From the NCBI GenBank assembly GCA_965220745.1, contig CBDCQT010000003.1, positions 128,001 through 192,000 on the forward strand: a stretch of DNA of 64,000 nt. The letters run 5' to 3'. A model generated the notes under the pieces. It was not told the origin of the DNA, did not search any database, and worked only from the letters and a program-made list of their open reading frames with translations. Below are positions 50,176 to 59,566 of the stretch, one piece after another (within the stretch, counting starts at the first letter, position 1; the number at the start of each line of letters is the position of its first letter). The position numbers were made by a program, and so were the translations under genes. Source of the stretch: Alphaproteobacteria bacterium. Its GTDB lineage: Bacteria; Pseudomonadota; Alphaproteobacteria; UBA828.

Positions 50176-52575
50176 ATGGCGGTTCTCGACGATGATTTCC
50201 GCGCAGACGGGACGCTGAACGAGGGCGGTGACGGGCTCTGGTCGCCCCCCAGGCCGGCGCCATCGGGTGCGCCGCACGATTTGCCATCCCTGTACGAGCA
50301 GGAACGGGCGCGGGCCGACGCGGCCGAGGCACGCTGCGAAGAACTGCGCCAAGCGGAGCTTTCCGCCCGTACTGACGCTGGTTCGTGGAAGTCGCGCTTC
50401 AAGTCCTGCCGACGCCGGCTGAGCGAGGCCGAGGAGGAGACGAAGGAACTGCGCCGCGCGGCGAAGGACGTGCCGTCGTTGCAGGCCCAAGTGGCGCGCC
50501 TGACGACGCTGCTTTCCGAAGCCGGCATCGAGTCGAGCGAGACCGGGAAGGTCGAGGTGCTGGGCAAGGAAGTCGCCCGGCTTCGCAGGGCCTTGGCAGC
50601 GCAGCCGGGGAAGGCTGCGGCCGGGGAGGCTCGGCGGGCTCGCACGGCGCTGGAACAGGCGCAGCAGCACAAGGACACCATCAGGACGCAGCGCAAGGAG
50701 ATCACCCGGCTGAACCGGGAAGTGGCCCGGCGCGACAAGGAGCTGGTCCGGCTCAATGAGCGCCTCGGCCAGCAGAAGGAACGGACGGAGGACATCAGGG
50801 AGACCGCCAAGAATCTGTCACAGGACTCTCTCCGGCTCTACAGGGAGGTCGGGTTCCTGCGCGACGCCGAGGCCCGATCCCGGTCGCTGTCCGAGGAGAA
50901 CTTCTGGCTGCGCCATGCGCTTGACGTGTCCAGGCACGGGCAGAAGAAGTTGACGGCCCGGATCGCCAAGCTCCGCGCGGCCGGAGCGACGCTGACGAAG
51001 TTGTCGTTCGACGAGGCGGCTCACCTGCGCAACGTTCTGCGACGGTCGCGACGTCAGAAGACCATGATCGCCCGGCTGCGCAAGGAGAACGCCCGGCTGC
51101 GAAGGACCGCGCAGAGGGCGCGGAACCGGGTCGAGGCGCTGGAAGCCGACATCGCGCGGCTGCGCTCGACCGGAGCGGTGCTGTCGAGAAGGCTCTACGG
51201 ACGCAAGAGCGAGCAGCAGAAGAAGCCGGGCACGGGACGCAAGCGCGGCCAGCAGCGCGGCGCGCCCGGCCATGGCCGTACCCAGCGGCCCGGACTCGAC
51301 GAACGGCTCGAAGAGCTCGAAGTGCCGGAGCAGGCGCGGGTCTGCGGGCACTGCGGCCAACCCTATGCGCCGAACGGCGCGGAGGTGTCCGCCCTGATCG
51401 AGTTCGAGGTCATCGTGTACAAGCGCGTGATCAGCCGTGAGCGATTGCGCCGGACCTGCGCGTGTGCGTCCTCGCCCGTGGAAGTGACCGCGCCCCCGGC
51501 GCCGCGGCTGTTCCCCACGACATCCTACGGAATCACCTTCTGGGCGCGCTTCCTCTTCGAGCACTGCGCCTGCTTCCGGCCCCTGCGCCGCGTCGCCGCG
51601 TGGTTCTCCAGCCAGGGACTGGCGGTCTCGCCGGGGACGCTGGCCAACAGCCGCAAGCGCTTCGCGGCGCTGTTCGAGAGCCTGTACGAGGCGATCCTCG
51701 CGCATCAGAACACCGCGGCGCTGCGCCATGCCGACGAGACCTCATGGCGCGTGCAGGAACTTCGTGGCGACGACTGCTCGAGCCGCGCCTGGCTGTGGAC
51801 TTCGGTCAGCAGCGACGCGGTCTGCTTCCATATCGACCCGAGCCGCAGCGCCGAGGCGGCGCTCAAGCTGTTCGCCGAAGCCCTGCCCGGCACGATCATC
51901 GTCTGCGACCGCTATAGCGCGTACAAGCGCCTTGTTCGCCTTCTCGGGGACATGGCGATTCTGGCCTACTGTTGGGCTCATCAACGCCGCGATTTTGTCG
52001 AGGCCGCCGCCGGCCAGCCTCGGCTGGAGCAATGGTGCCAGGGATGGGTCGGGCGGATCGCGGAGATCTACCGGCTGAACGGGGAGCGGCTCGAACATTA
52101 CGACCCCGGCAGCAAACGCCAGACGGCGGCGTTCAGGAAGGCGACGCGCAAGCTGAAGAAGGCGCTCGACCGGCTGTTCGCGCAGGCCGAAGCGGAACTG
52201 GCCGCCTTGCCGGACCACGCGCGCGAGGCCAGGGCGCTGCGCTCCCTGCTCAACCATCGCGAGGGGCTGTGCGTCTTCGTCGACAACCCCCTGGTCCCCA
52301 TGGACAACAATTTTGCCGAGAGAATCCTGCGCGCGCCCGCGATAGGGCGAGGGTTGTCGCACGGCTCCGACAGCGAGGACGGCGCCCGGTTCACCGCGAT
52401 CATGTACTCGGTCGTCGCCACGCTCTCGATGAACGGCATCGACGTCCTGCGCTGGCTTCAGGCGTGGCTCGAAGCGTGCGCGAAGAACGGCGGCCAACCG
52501 CCCGATGACCTGTCGGCCTGGCTGCCATGGTCGATGAGCGAGAAGCGCAGGCGCAAGTTCACGGCGCCGGGATGA
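50176..52575 (+). CDS. IS66 TnpC-type DDE transposase with long N-terminal coiled coil
   Basis: LYGRKSE, CGHC zinc finger, HADET, CDRYSAY, CWAHQRR, DNNFAERILR. Confidence 0.92.
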   Translation: MAVLDDDFRADGTLNEGGDGLWSPPRPAPSGAPHDLPSLYEQERARADAAEARCEELRQAELSARTDAGSWKSRFKSCRRRLSEAEEETKELRRAAKDVPSLQAQVARLTTLLSEAGIESSETGKVEVLGKEVARLRRALAAQPGKAAAGEARRARTALEQAQQHKDTIRTQRKEITRLNREVARRDKELVRLNERLGQQKERTEDIRETAKNLSQDSLRLYREVGFLRDAEARSRSLSEENFWLRHALDVSRHGQKKLTARIAKLRAAGATLTKLSFDEAAHLRNVLRRSRRQKTMIARLRKENARLRRTAQRARNRVEALEADIARLRSTGAVLSRRLYGRKSEQQKKPGTGRKRGQQRGAPGHGRTQRPGLDERLEELEVPEQARVCGHCGQPYAPNGAEVSALIEFEVIVYKRVISRERLRRTCACASSPVEVTAPPAPRLFPTTSYGITFWARFLFEHCACFRPLRRVAAWFSSQGLAVSPGTLANSRKRFAALFESLYEAILAHQNTAALRHADETSWRVQELRGDDCSSRAWLWTSVSSDAVCFHIDPSRSAEAALKLFAEALPGTIIVCDRYSAYKRLVRLLGDMAILAYCWAHQRRDFVEAAAGQPRLEQWCQGWVGRIAEIYRLNGERLEHYDPGSKRQTAAFRKATRKLKKALDRLFAQAEAELAALPDHAREARALRSLLNHREGLCVFVDNPLVPMDNNFAERILRAPAIGRGLSHGSDSEDGARFTAIMYSVVATLSMNGIDVLRWLQAWLEACAKNGGQPPDDLSAWLPWSMSEKRRRKFTAPG

Positions 52576-53453
52576 CCGGCGCGGTCGAGTGCCGCTACTA
52601 CGGCCGCGACTTCACCACTGAGGAAATGGCGTTGCTGCGCGCCCTCGTCGCGTCCGACCCGCAGCCGACCCGCGCCGCCCTGTCGAGAGAGTTCTGCCGG
52701 CGCATCGGCTGGCTCAAGCCCGACGGCGGGATCAAGGACATGATGGCCCGTGTCACCATGCTCGCCATGCACCGCGACGGCGTGATCGCCCTGCCGCCGC
52801 CGAGGAGTCGGAAGCACCGGCCCAGGCCGATCGTGTTCGGACCCGACACCGAGCCGCCGCTGTTCCCTCCACCGACGACCCTCGACGAGGTCCGCCCCCT
52901 CGACTTCCGCATCGTCGTGAGCGGCAGCCGGGAAGGCAGGCTGTGGAACGAGTTCGTCGCCCGCTACCACTACCTCGGATACAAGACCCTGGTCGGCGCC
53001 CAGATGCGCTACGCCGTCCATGACCGCAACGGCTGGCCGCTCGCCATGCTCGGCTTCTCCACCGCCGCCTGGAAGCTCGCCCCGCGCGACCGCTTCATCG
53101 GATGGACGCCCGAGATGCGCGAGAAAAACCTGCCGCTCGTGGTCGACAACCCGCGCTTCCTGATATCGCCGTGGATCGAGATCCCCAACCTCGGCTCGCA
53201 CATCCTCGCCATCGTGCGCCGCCGCCTGCCCACCGACTGGTCCGAGCGCTACAACGTCACGCCCGTGCTGATCGAGACCTTCGTCGAAACCCCGCGCTAC
53301 ACCGGCGCCGTCTACCGGGCCTCGGGCTGGACCCATGTCGGGACCACCCAGGGGCGCGGACGCTACGACCGGGACAGGTTCTACGACAAGCCCCGCAAGG
53401 ACGTCTGGCTCCGGCCGCTCAGAAGGGATTGGCAACGCGCGCTCAGCCGCTAA
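52572..53453 (+). CDS. DUF4338 / Druantia DruA-like protein
   Basis: LSREFC, YHYLGY, RDRFIGW, RFLI, NLGSHIL, ETFVE, GAVYRASGWTHVGTTQGRGR; ATGA overlap with the transposase stop. Confidence 0.85.
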   Translation: MTGAVECRYYGRDFTTEEMALLRALVASDPQPTRAALSREFCRRIGWLKPDGGIKDMMARVTMLAMHRDGVIALPPPRSRKHRPRPIVFGPDTEPPLFPPPTTLDEVRPLDFRIVVSGSREGRLWNEFVARYHYLGYKTLVGAQMRYAVHDRNGWPLAMLGFSTAAWKLAPRDRFIGWTPEMREKNLPLVVDNPRFLISPWIEIPNLGSHILAIVRRRLPTDWSERYNVTPVLIETFVETPRYTGAVYRASGWTHVGTTQGRGRYDRDRFYDKPRKDVWLRPLRRDWQRALSR

Positions 53454-53533
53454 AATCGCCCCTGCGATCATCGGGCTGGCGGAAGCGAAGCGGCGGGTGG
53501 ATCAACATCTCCACGGGCAAACGGAACGCTTAC
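53388..53533. repeat. Right terminal inverted repeat, 146 bp, includes the 3' end of the DUF4338 gene
   Basis: Pairs with 49928-50073. Confidence 0.92.
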
Positions 53534-53935
53534 TCCTGTCGCTCAAACCCTACATGTCGACGGCGGGATCGCCCCTCTCGGGGTCGAGTCGCACGCTCTC
53601 GACGGCGGCGACTCGGGCCGGTCCGGGACGAGGCGGGAGAGCGGGATCGGGTCGGTGCCGGCGGGCCTGATTGACGTGCGTGGCATGGCGGAGAGGGGGT
53701 GTCGTGGCATTTTGGCCACAGTGCCCATGGAAAACGACCGACCGTTAGAATTCGGTCATAAATTCGGTTGCGCGAGGGGGGTCGGTTGCCTCATTCTCCG
53801 GCTCCAGTGGGTTGGGACCGGTCCGAGCACGGGCGGTATGAGACCCAGAGGCTTTGGACCAATGAAAACAGAGGAGACAGAAGCATGAAGAAGGAAGCGC
53901 GCTGTATGGGCAAGCGCTTCGTTCATGCGACATTC

Positions 53936-54050
53936 CTACGCTTGACTACGATTGGCTACGACAAGTAGCTGATTCTATACACTGATCGTTCATCCCTCCC
54001 CGTAGCTTCCGTATCGACTTCGCGACTCCTGTACGCAGGCGTACGCAGGG
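53936..54050. other. Putative att arm region: 10-bp-period repeats and IHF-like site
   Basis: CTACG at 53936, 53946, 53956; GTACGCAGG twice at 54031 and 54041; CAAGTAGCTGATT fits WATCARnnnnTTR on the minus strand. Confidence 0.5.
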
Positions 54051-54258
54051 GTTTGACACCACTTGCTTGCGTGGCGCTTACGGGATCGTGTACCCTCTCC
54101 CGGCGTGGTCGAGGCGTTCGGCCACGCGGCGACGGCGGGATCGAGGTGCCGTGCGTATGTTGGCGCGGCCCAGATCATATGGGGTGCAACAGCCTCCCTG
54201 ACCATCGCCATTTCATGATCGAACGCCCTCTCGCGGTGGTCAACGGGGTGGTGATTTT

Positions 54259-55449
54259 ATGTCACAGTACGGTGAGCGCACAATCTCAAAACGGACCGTC
54301 GATGCCCTTTCCGTCGAGGATCGGGACGCCATCTTCTGGGACCGGGACCTGTCCGGCTTCGGGGTGCGCGTCTACCCCTCCGGCCGCAAGGTCTACGTGG
54401 TGCAGAGCCGGGGTCCGGGGGGCTCCAGGCGGGTCACGCTGGGCCGGCACGGGAAGATCACCGCAGAGCAGGCGCGCAAGCGCGCCGCCGGGATCATCGA
54501 CAGGATCAAGACCGGGCAGGAGCCGCTGCCGGTTGAGCCCAAGAAGGAGAAGGGGCCGACCGTAGCCGACCTTGCCGACCGCTTCATGCGCGCGCATGTG
54601 GCGGTGAACTGCAAGCCTGCGACGGCGGTGCGCTATGGCGGGCTGCTCAGGAACTGCATCCTGCCCGTCCTGGGCTCCATGCCCATCGGCTCGGTCGAGC
54701 GCACGCACGTGGCGGACCTGCACTACGCGCTGCGTGACCGGCCGAGCTCGGCGAACAGGTCGGTCGACATTCTGAAGAAGATGTATTCCCTGGCCGAGGT
54801 GTGGGGCCTTCACCCGCAGGGGCGGAACCCGTGCCGGTCCGTGCGCAAGTACAAGGAGCGCAAGCCACAGCGGTTCCTGAGCGCCGAGGAGTACCAGTGC
54901 CTGGGCCGGGTCCTGGACGAGATGGAGGCGGAGGGCACGGCCTGGCTCCCCGCGATTGCCGCGATTCGCCTGCTGATCCTGACCGGCTGCCGGCGCAACG
55001 AGATCCTGTCGCTGCGATGGGACGACGTCGACCGGTCCTCGGGCGAGTTGCGCCTGAGGGATGCGAAGACGGGCGGCAGGATGGTACCGCTGACGCCCAC
55101 GGCGGCGGCGGTGCTGGACGCGATCCCGCGCATGCCGGGCAGTCCGTGGGTGATCGCAGGGAAGCGGCCGGGGAAGCACCTGAGGAACGTCAACGAGCTC
55201 TGGTATCGCCTGCGGGTCCGGGCCGACCTGAAGGACGTGCGCCTCCATGACCTGCGTCATTCCTGGGCCAGCAGGGCGCTGGCGCTCGGCGAGAGCCTGC
55301 CGATGATCGGCAGGCAGCTGGGCCACACGCAGGTGCAGACGACGGCGCGCTACGCGCACCTGGCACAGGACACGGAGAAGGTCTCTGCGGCCAGGGTGGC
55401 GGACAGCATCGAGGCCGACATCATGGTTCCGGACGCGGAGGCGGCATGA
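54259..55449 (+). CDS. Tyrosine integrase with arm-binding domain, copy 1
   Basis: GFGVRV, TGCRRNE, HDLRH, LGHTQ, TARYAH. Confidence 0.94.
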   Translation: MSQYGERTISKRTVDALSVEDRDAIFWDRDLSGFGVRVYPSGRKVYVVQSRGPGGSRRVTLGRHGKITAEQARKRAAGIIDRIKTGQEPLPVEPKKEKGPTVADLADRFMRAHVAVNCKPATAVRYGGLLRNCILPVLGSMPIGSVERTHVADLHYALRDRPSSANRSVDILKKMYSLAEVWGLHPQGRNPCRSVRKYKERKPQRFLSAEEYQCLGRVLDEMEAEGTAWLPAIAAIRLLILTGCRRNEILSLRWDDVDRSSGELRLRDAKTGGRMVPLTPTAAAVLDAIPRMPGSPWVIAGKRPGKHLRNVNELWYRLRVRADLKDVRLHDLRHSWASRALALGESLPMIGRQLGHTQVQTTARYAHLAQDTEKVSAARVADSIEADIMVPDAEAA

Positions 55450-55488
55450 TGCGCGGGGGACCGGGTACAACCGAGGAGATCGCGCGCC

Positions 55489-56706
55489 ATGGCTAAGCTG
55501 CACTACAGGTCGATCTCGAAGCGCATGGTGGAGGCGCTGGAGGTGGACAGGGACACGATCTTCTGGGACCGGGAGCTTTCGGGCTTCGGGGTGCGCGCCT
55601 ATGCGTCTGGCAAGAAGGTGTACATCGTGCAGGCCCGCGCGAAGGGGAAGTCGCGGCGGGTCACGGTGGGCCGGCACGGGGTGCTGACGGCCGAGCAGGC
55701 GCGCCAGCGGGCGGCGCAGATGATCACGCGCATCAAGGCGGGGGAGGAGGTGAGCCCCAAGAGTCCCGAAGCGCCCAGGCCGGAGGGTCCGACGGTTGCA
55801 GAGCTGGCGGAGCGCTACCTGACGGAGCATGTGGCTGTCCGGTGCAAGCCGAGGACCGTGGAACTGTGCCGCCTGATGCTGAAGAACCACGTCCTTCCCG
55901 CGCTGGGCGACGTTCCCATCGAGGCCGTTGAGCGCAAGCAGGTGGCCGATCTTCACTTCCGCCTGCGCGACCGGCCGGCCACGGCGAACCACGTGGTTGC
56001 GGTTCTGTCGCGCATGTTCAATCGGGCGGAGGCGTGGGAGCTGGTGCCGGAGGGGACCAATCCGTGCCGCGCGTTTCCGAAGTACAAGACCCGCAAGCAC
56101 GAGCGGTTTCTGACCGAGGAGGAGTTCCGGCGCCTTGGCCGCGTGCTGGCCGAGGCCGCCGACGAGGGCGGCGCGTCGAAGTACGCGGTGGCTGCGCTGC
56201 GCCTGCTGATGCTGACGGGGTGCCGTCGCAGCGAGATTCTGGGCCTGCGATGGGCCGACGTGGACCTGGAGGCGAAGGTGCTGCACCTCGCCGATTCGAA
56301 GACGGGTCCCAGGGCGGTGCCGCTGTCGCCTGCGGCGGCAAGGCTTCTGTCCGATCTGCCGCGCGTCACGGACAATCCCTGGGTGATTGTGGGCAAGAAG
56401 CGCGGCACGCACCTGCGCAACCTCAACCAGTCCTGGGACGTCATCCGCCGCCGCGCCGGTCTGGAGGACGTGCGGCTTCATGACCTGCGTCACAGCTGGG
56501 CCAGCAGGGCGCTTGCGCTGGGCGAGAGCCTGCCGATGATCGGCAGGCTGCTCGGTCACACGCAGGTCGAGACCACCGCGCGGTATGCGCACCTTGCGCG
56601 GGATTCCGTCAAGGAGTCGGCGGCCAAGGTCGCGGCCAGCATCGGGGAGGACCTCTACAGGCACCGGGAGGCGGCTGGTGGTCATCTTCACCGGGCAGGC
56701 TCCTGA
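55489..56706 (+). CDS. Tyrosine integrase with arm-binding domain, copy 2
   Basis: GFGVRA, TGCRRSE, HDLRH, LGHTQ, TARYAH. Confidence 0.94.
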   Translation: MAKLHYRSISKRMVEALEVDRDTIFWDRELSGFGVRAYASGKKVYIVQARAKGKSRRVTVGRHGVLTAEQARQRAAQMITRIKAGEEVSPKSPEAPRPEGPTVAELAERYLTEHVAVRCKPRTVELCRLMLKNHVLPALGDVPIEAVERKQVADLHFRLRDRPATANHVVAVLSRMFNRAEAWELVPEGTNPCRAFPKYKTRKHERFLTEEEFRRLGRVLAEAADEGGASKYAVAALRLLMLTGCRRSEILGLRWADVDLEAKVLHLADSKTGPRAVPLSPAAARLLSDLPRVTDNPWVIVGKKRGTHLRNLNQSWDVIRRRAGLEDVRLHDLRHSWASRALALGESLPMIGRLLGHTQVETTARYAHLARDSVKESAAKVAASIGEDLYRHREAAGGHLHRAGS

Positions 56707-56748
56707 GCGGTGAGCGCTGACGCTCATCCGCTCGTTTAGGATCGGCCC

Positions 56749-57753
56749 ATGCACTTCGTCGCTCTCGTCGCCGCGCTTCTGGCACTCCCGTCGTTGGCCT
56801 TCGCCGCCTGCGAGGGGCAGGACTGGCGTACCCAGCTTGCGCCGGAGACGATGCAGGAGATTCGGGACAGCCTGGCGCACGTGCCGTTTCACCGGGGGAT
56901 CGCGTTCGAGGCGGTCCGCGGCGAGAGCCGGCTCACCCTGTTCGGCACCGTCCACGTGTACGATCGAGGCGTCCATGTCCCGGACGATATCGCCGCGCGC
57001 ATCCGCTCGGCCGACCTCGTTCTCGTGGAAGCGACGCCGGAGGTGATGGCGTCCTTCCGGCAGAGGCTGGCGGAGGACTACGCGCTGTCGTTCGATGTGT
57101 CCGGCCCTCGTCTCTGGAGCCGTCTCACGCCTCGGGAGTGGGCCGTCCTTCTCCGCGCCCTCCTGGCCCGGGGCATTGATGCCGAGGTGGCCGAGCGGAT
57201 GCGGCCCTGGTTCGCCGCTGCCATGCTGGAGCAAGCCCCTTGCGACATTGCTGCCAGGGCGGAGGGCGGCAAGATCCTCGACGAGCGGGTCGAGGCGCTG
57301 GCGCGCGATGCGGGTGTGGCCGTGGGCGGCCTGGACGAGGATGCGGAGCGGCTTCTGACCTACTTCTCCGGTCTGCCGGAGGACGAGCAGCTCGATCTTC
57401 TGCGCCTGACGCTCGCGTCCCACGCGTCGGACGGCAGCCAGATCGTGACGCTGGTGCGCGGTTGGCAGGACGGCGAGGTGGCTCTTGCGTGGGAGGTTGC
57501 CAACGCCCGCGCTGCCGCGCTCACCGGGGACGGCGCGGCGGTTGAGGCGTGGTTCGCCCGGCTGCACGAGGTTCTCGTGGCGGCGCGCAATCGGGAGTGG
57601 ATGCGGCGGCTTCTGGAGTTGAGCGGCGCGGTCCCGCATATCGTCGTAGCGGTCGGTGCGATGCATCTTCCTGGCGAGGACGGGCTTCTGCGTCTGCTCG
57701 AGCGGCGCGGCTTCGCGATCCGTACCCTGATCCTGGCGCCGCGAGACGGATGA
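56749..57753 (+). CDS. TraB/GumN (TIKI-like) family protein
   Basis: Signal peptide, LFGTVH, RPW, RNREW, VAVGAMHLPGEDGLL. Confidence 0.88.
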   Translation: MHFVALVAALLALPSLAFAACEGQDWRTQLAPETMQEIRDSLAHVPFHRGIAFEAVRGESRLTLFGTVHVYDRGVHVPDDIAARIRSADLVLVEATPEVMASFRQRLAEDYALSFDVSGPRLWSRLTPREWAVLLRALLARGIDAEVAERMRPWFAAAMLEQAPCDIAARAEGGKILDERVEALARDAGVAVGGLDEDAERLLTYFSGLPEDEQLDLLRLTLASHASDGSQIVTLVRGWQDGEVALAWEVANARAAALTGDGAAVEAWFARLHEVLVAARNREWMRRLLELSGAVPHIVVAVGAMHLPGEDGLLRLLERRGFAIRTLILAPRDG

Positions 57754-58113
57754 GGGTTCGACGGGCTTGCCCGGCATGAGCCGGGGACGCCGGAAACGGC
57801 GAGATGCTGCAGCTGTGACGGCCTCCGAATCACCGGCGGCCTTGCTCACCGTGTCCGGCGTGGTGGCCGCGTCGGTGGACCAGGACGCAGGCGGCACCCC
57901 CTCCCCGATCATGACGCCTCGCCGCTGGCTGCGCTGCTCGCGAGCGGCAAGGAGCGCGGCCATGTCGCCGGCACCGGTTTCGGCCGGGAACTCTCATTGA
58001 CGCGCGGATACATCCACCGGATCGCGAGCGGAACCCTGCGGAGGTTGAAGCGCCCCTCGCGTGCTTCGCAGCCTCCGCGATCCCTGTGCTGTCCTCTCCA
58101 CCCCGCATCGCCG

Positions 58114-58572
58114 TCAGCGCATGAAGCGGGCGCGGTTGCCCCGCCCCGCGCGGCGGCGCAGGGAGACGACGGCCGCCCACGCCGGCAGACTTCCAGCCGC
58201 CGCGCAGACGACCACCGCGAACGGCCCGAGCATGGCGGCCTGCGCGCACCCGGCGACAGTCAGTGGGGCCAGGACCGCCGCAAGCCACCATGCCGTTCCT
58301 GCGCGACCCCTGCGCCTCAGCGCAGCGACAGGCAGAGCCAGCAGCAGGCCCGCCGGCGCCAGCAGGACCAGGTCCGGCGATATGACCGGACCCAGCTGCT
58401 CGGGCTGCCCGCCGGCAGCGAGGAACGCGAGGCAACAGCCGGCCGGCAGCCAGACCAGACCCAGCGCCGCACCTGCCAGGCGTTGCCCGCGCTGTCCGCC
58501 CTTCATCCGGTGCCGGCCGTCGAACGGCCGCGGGGGATAGCGCACGTGCGTCAGCGAGATCGGCTCGGTCAT
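58114..58572 (-). CDS. Hypothetical membrane protein (start uncertain)
   Basis: Four hydrophobic segments within ORF 58114..58629. Confidence 0.5.
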   Translation of the reverse strand: MTEPISLTHVRYPPRPFDGRHRMKGGQRGQRLAGAALGLVWLPAGCCLAFLAAGGQPEQLGPVISPDLVLLAPAGLLLALPVAALRRRGRAGTAWWLAAVLAPLTVAGCAQAAMLGPFAVVVCAAAGSLPAWAAVVSLRRRAGRGNRARFMR

Positions 58573-58638
58573 GAAAGTCGTCCGCGGCGGGATGGCGCGC
58601 AATAGGTCAGAACGGCGCCCGCACTGCAAGCCCGCAGG

Positions 58639-58809
58639 TCATGCCCGAGCCGGCCCTACTCCTCTCCTCCCCGCCGCCTCCTCGACGGGCCCCGGGTCCG
58701 CAGCCGGTCCCGCGCGGTTCAGCACACTCACGCGCAGGCACACGTCGCGGCCGCCATCGTCGGAGGCGACGAAGCCGAAGCCCTTGCCGGCGTCGTGGAA
58801 CTTGACCAC
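58639..58809 (-). pseudogene. Truncated cold-shock domain
   Basis: Manual translation VVKFHDAGKGFGFVASDDGGRDVCLRVSVLNRAG; RNP1 intact, RNP2 degenerate, last strands missing. Confidence 0.7.
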
Positions 58810-59039
58810 GCCGAGCAGCCCCTCTACCGGCGCTCCAGCCGTCTCTCTCCGCTGCCCGTGCCGGTCATCCGCCGTCCCGCGCGTTCACAATACCGTCAAG
58901 GGGGCAAAATCGCTTTCGCGCACCGCCGACGTTCAGCCACAATGACATGGGTTTCGCGCGGCGCGGCTGCCCGAAGAGGCGGCGCGAAGCCACGATCCCA
59001 GGAAACCGGCAACGCGCCTGCGAGGAGGACGTACCGAAG

Positions 59040-59264
59040 ATGATCAAGGAAACTGTGGTCGCCGTGAGTATCGTCACCATGGCGGCCGGTGCCGCTCTTG
59101 CGCCGACGGCCGTATCCGCCGATGACGGGCGGATCGTCGTCGCGGACTCGCATGATCCGTGCAACCCGTGCGCGGCATGCAACCCGTGCGCAGCAGACCC
59201 CTGCAACCCGTGTGCTGCGTGCAATCCGTGTTGCGCCGATCCCTGCAACCCTTGTGCCTGCTGA
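59040..59264 (+). CDS. Secreted Cys-rich repeat peptide, 74 aa, 12 Cys
   Basis: RBS GAGGAGG; signal peptide; DPCNPCAACNPCAA repeats with synonymous variation. Confidence 0.8.
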   Translation: MIKETVVAVSIVTMAAGAALAPTAVSADDGRIVVADSHDPCNPCAACNPCAADPCNPCAACNPCCADPCNPCAC

Positions 59265-59433
59265 CGCGTCGCGCATTTCCGATCTTTTCCGGGGACGCCG
59301 CCTCAAGAGAGGCGGCGTTCTTACGTTGAGCCCCGCGCCTTTCGCCGCCATGGGGTCCGCACACCGGCGTGAGGGCTATGAGGGCGACTCGGAGACCGGC
59401 ACTAAGGTGACGTTCTCGCCAAATCTCCACTCT

Positions 59434-59473
59434 CTTGACTGCATCTGCCCCCACTTGACTGCATCTGCCCCCA
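59434..59473. repeat. Perfect 20-bp tandem duplication
   Basis: CTTGACTGCATCTGCCCCCA twice. Confidence 0.9.
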
Positions 59474-59566
59474 TAAGAGGGAGAGGCCGGCCGTGACGCG
59501 GGCGGCGGGGGCGGCGCTGCGAAGAGCGTTTCCCCCGCGGCGACCACGGACGAGGGGGAACGGACG

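Larger units (their letters stand above)
49928..53533 (+). mobile_element. IS66-family element (no tnpA/tnpB) with DUF4338 passenger, 3606 bp
   Basis: Ends GTAAGCG...CGCTTAC; 8-bp TSD TCCTGTCG at 49920-49927 and 53534-53541. Confidence 0.93.

Noticed and set aside
50008-50670. Minus-strand ORF ending like the DUF4338 protein as a second copy
   Set aside because: Identity is limited to the TIR; the remainder is antisense to the transposase
52572-53453. Complete Druantia defence system
   Set aside because: No DruE helicase or other Dru genes in the window
53885-53968. 27-aa ORF with good RBS upstream of the integrases
   Set aside because: No recognisable motif; its 3' part overlaps the putative arm repeats
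56749-57753. Conjugation gene inferred from the TraB name
   Set aside because: TraB/GumN is a TIKI-like metalloprotease family; no T4SS or relaxase genes are visible
54286-57963. 1225-aa minus-strand ORF
   Set aside because: Antisense shadow of the two integrases and TraB/GumN
59150-59473. CRISPR array
   Set aside because: Repeats are in-frame coding units or spacer-less duplications; no cas genes
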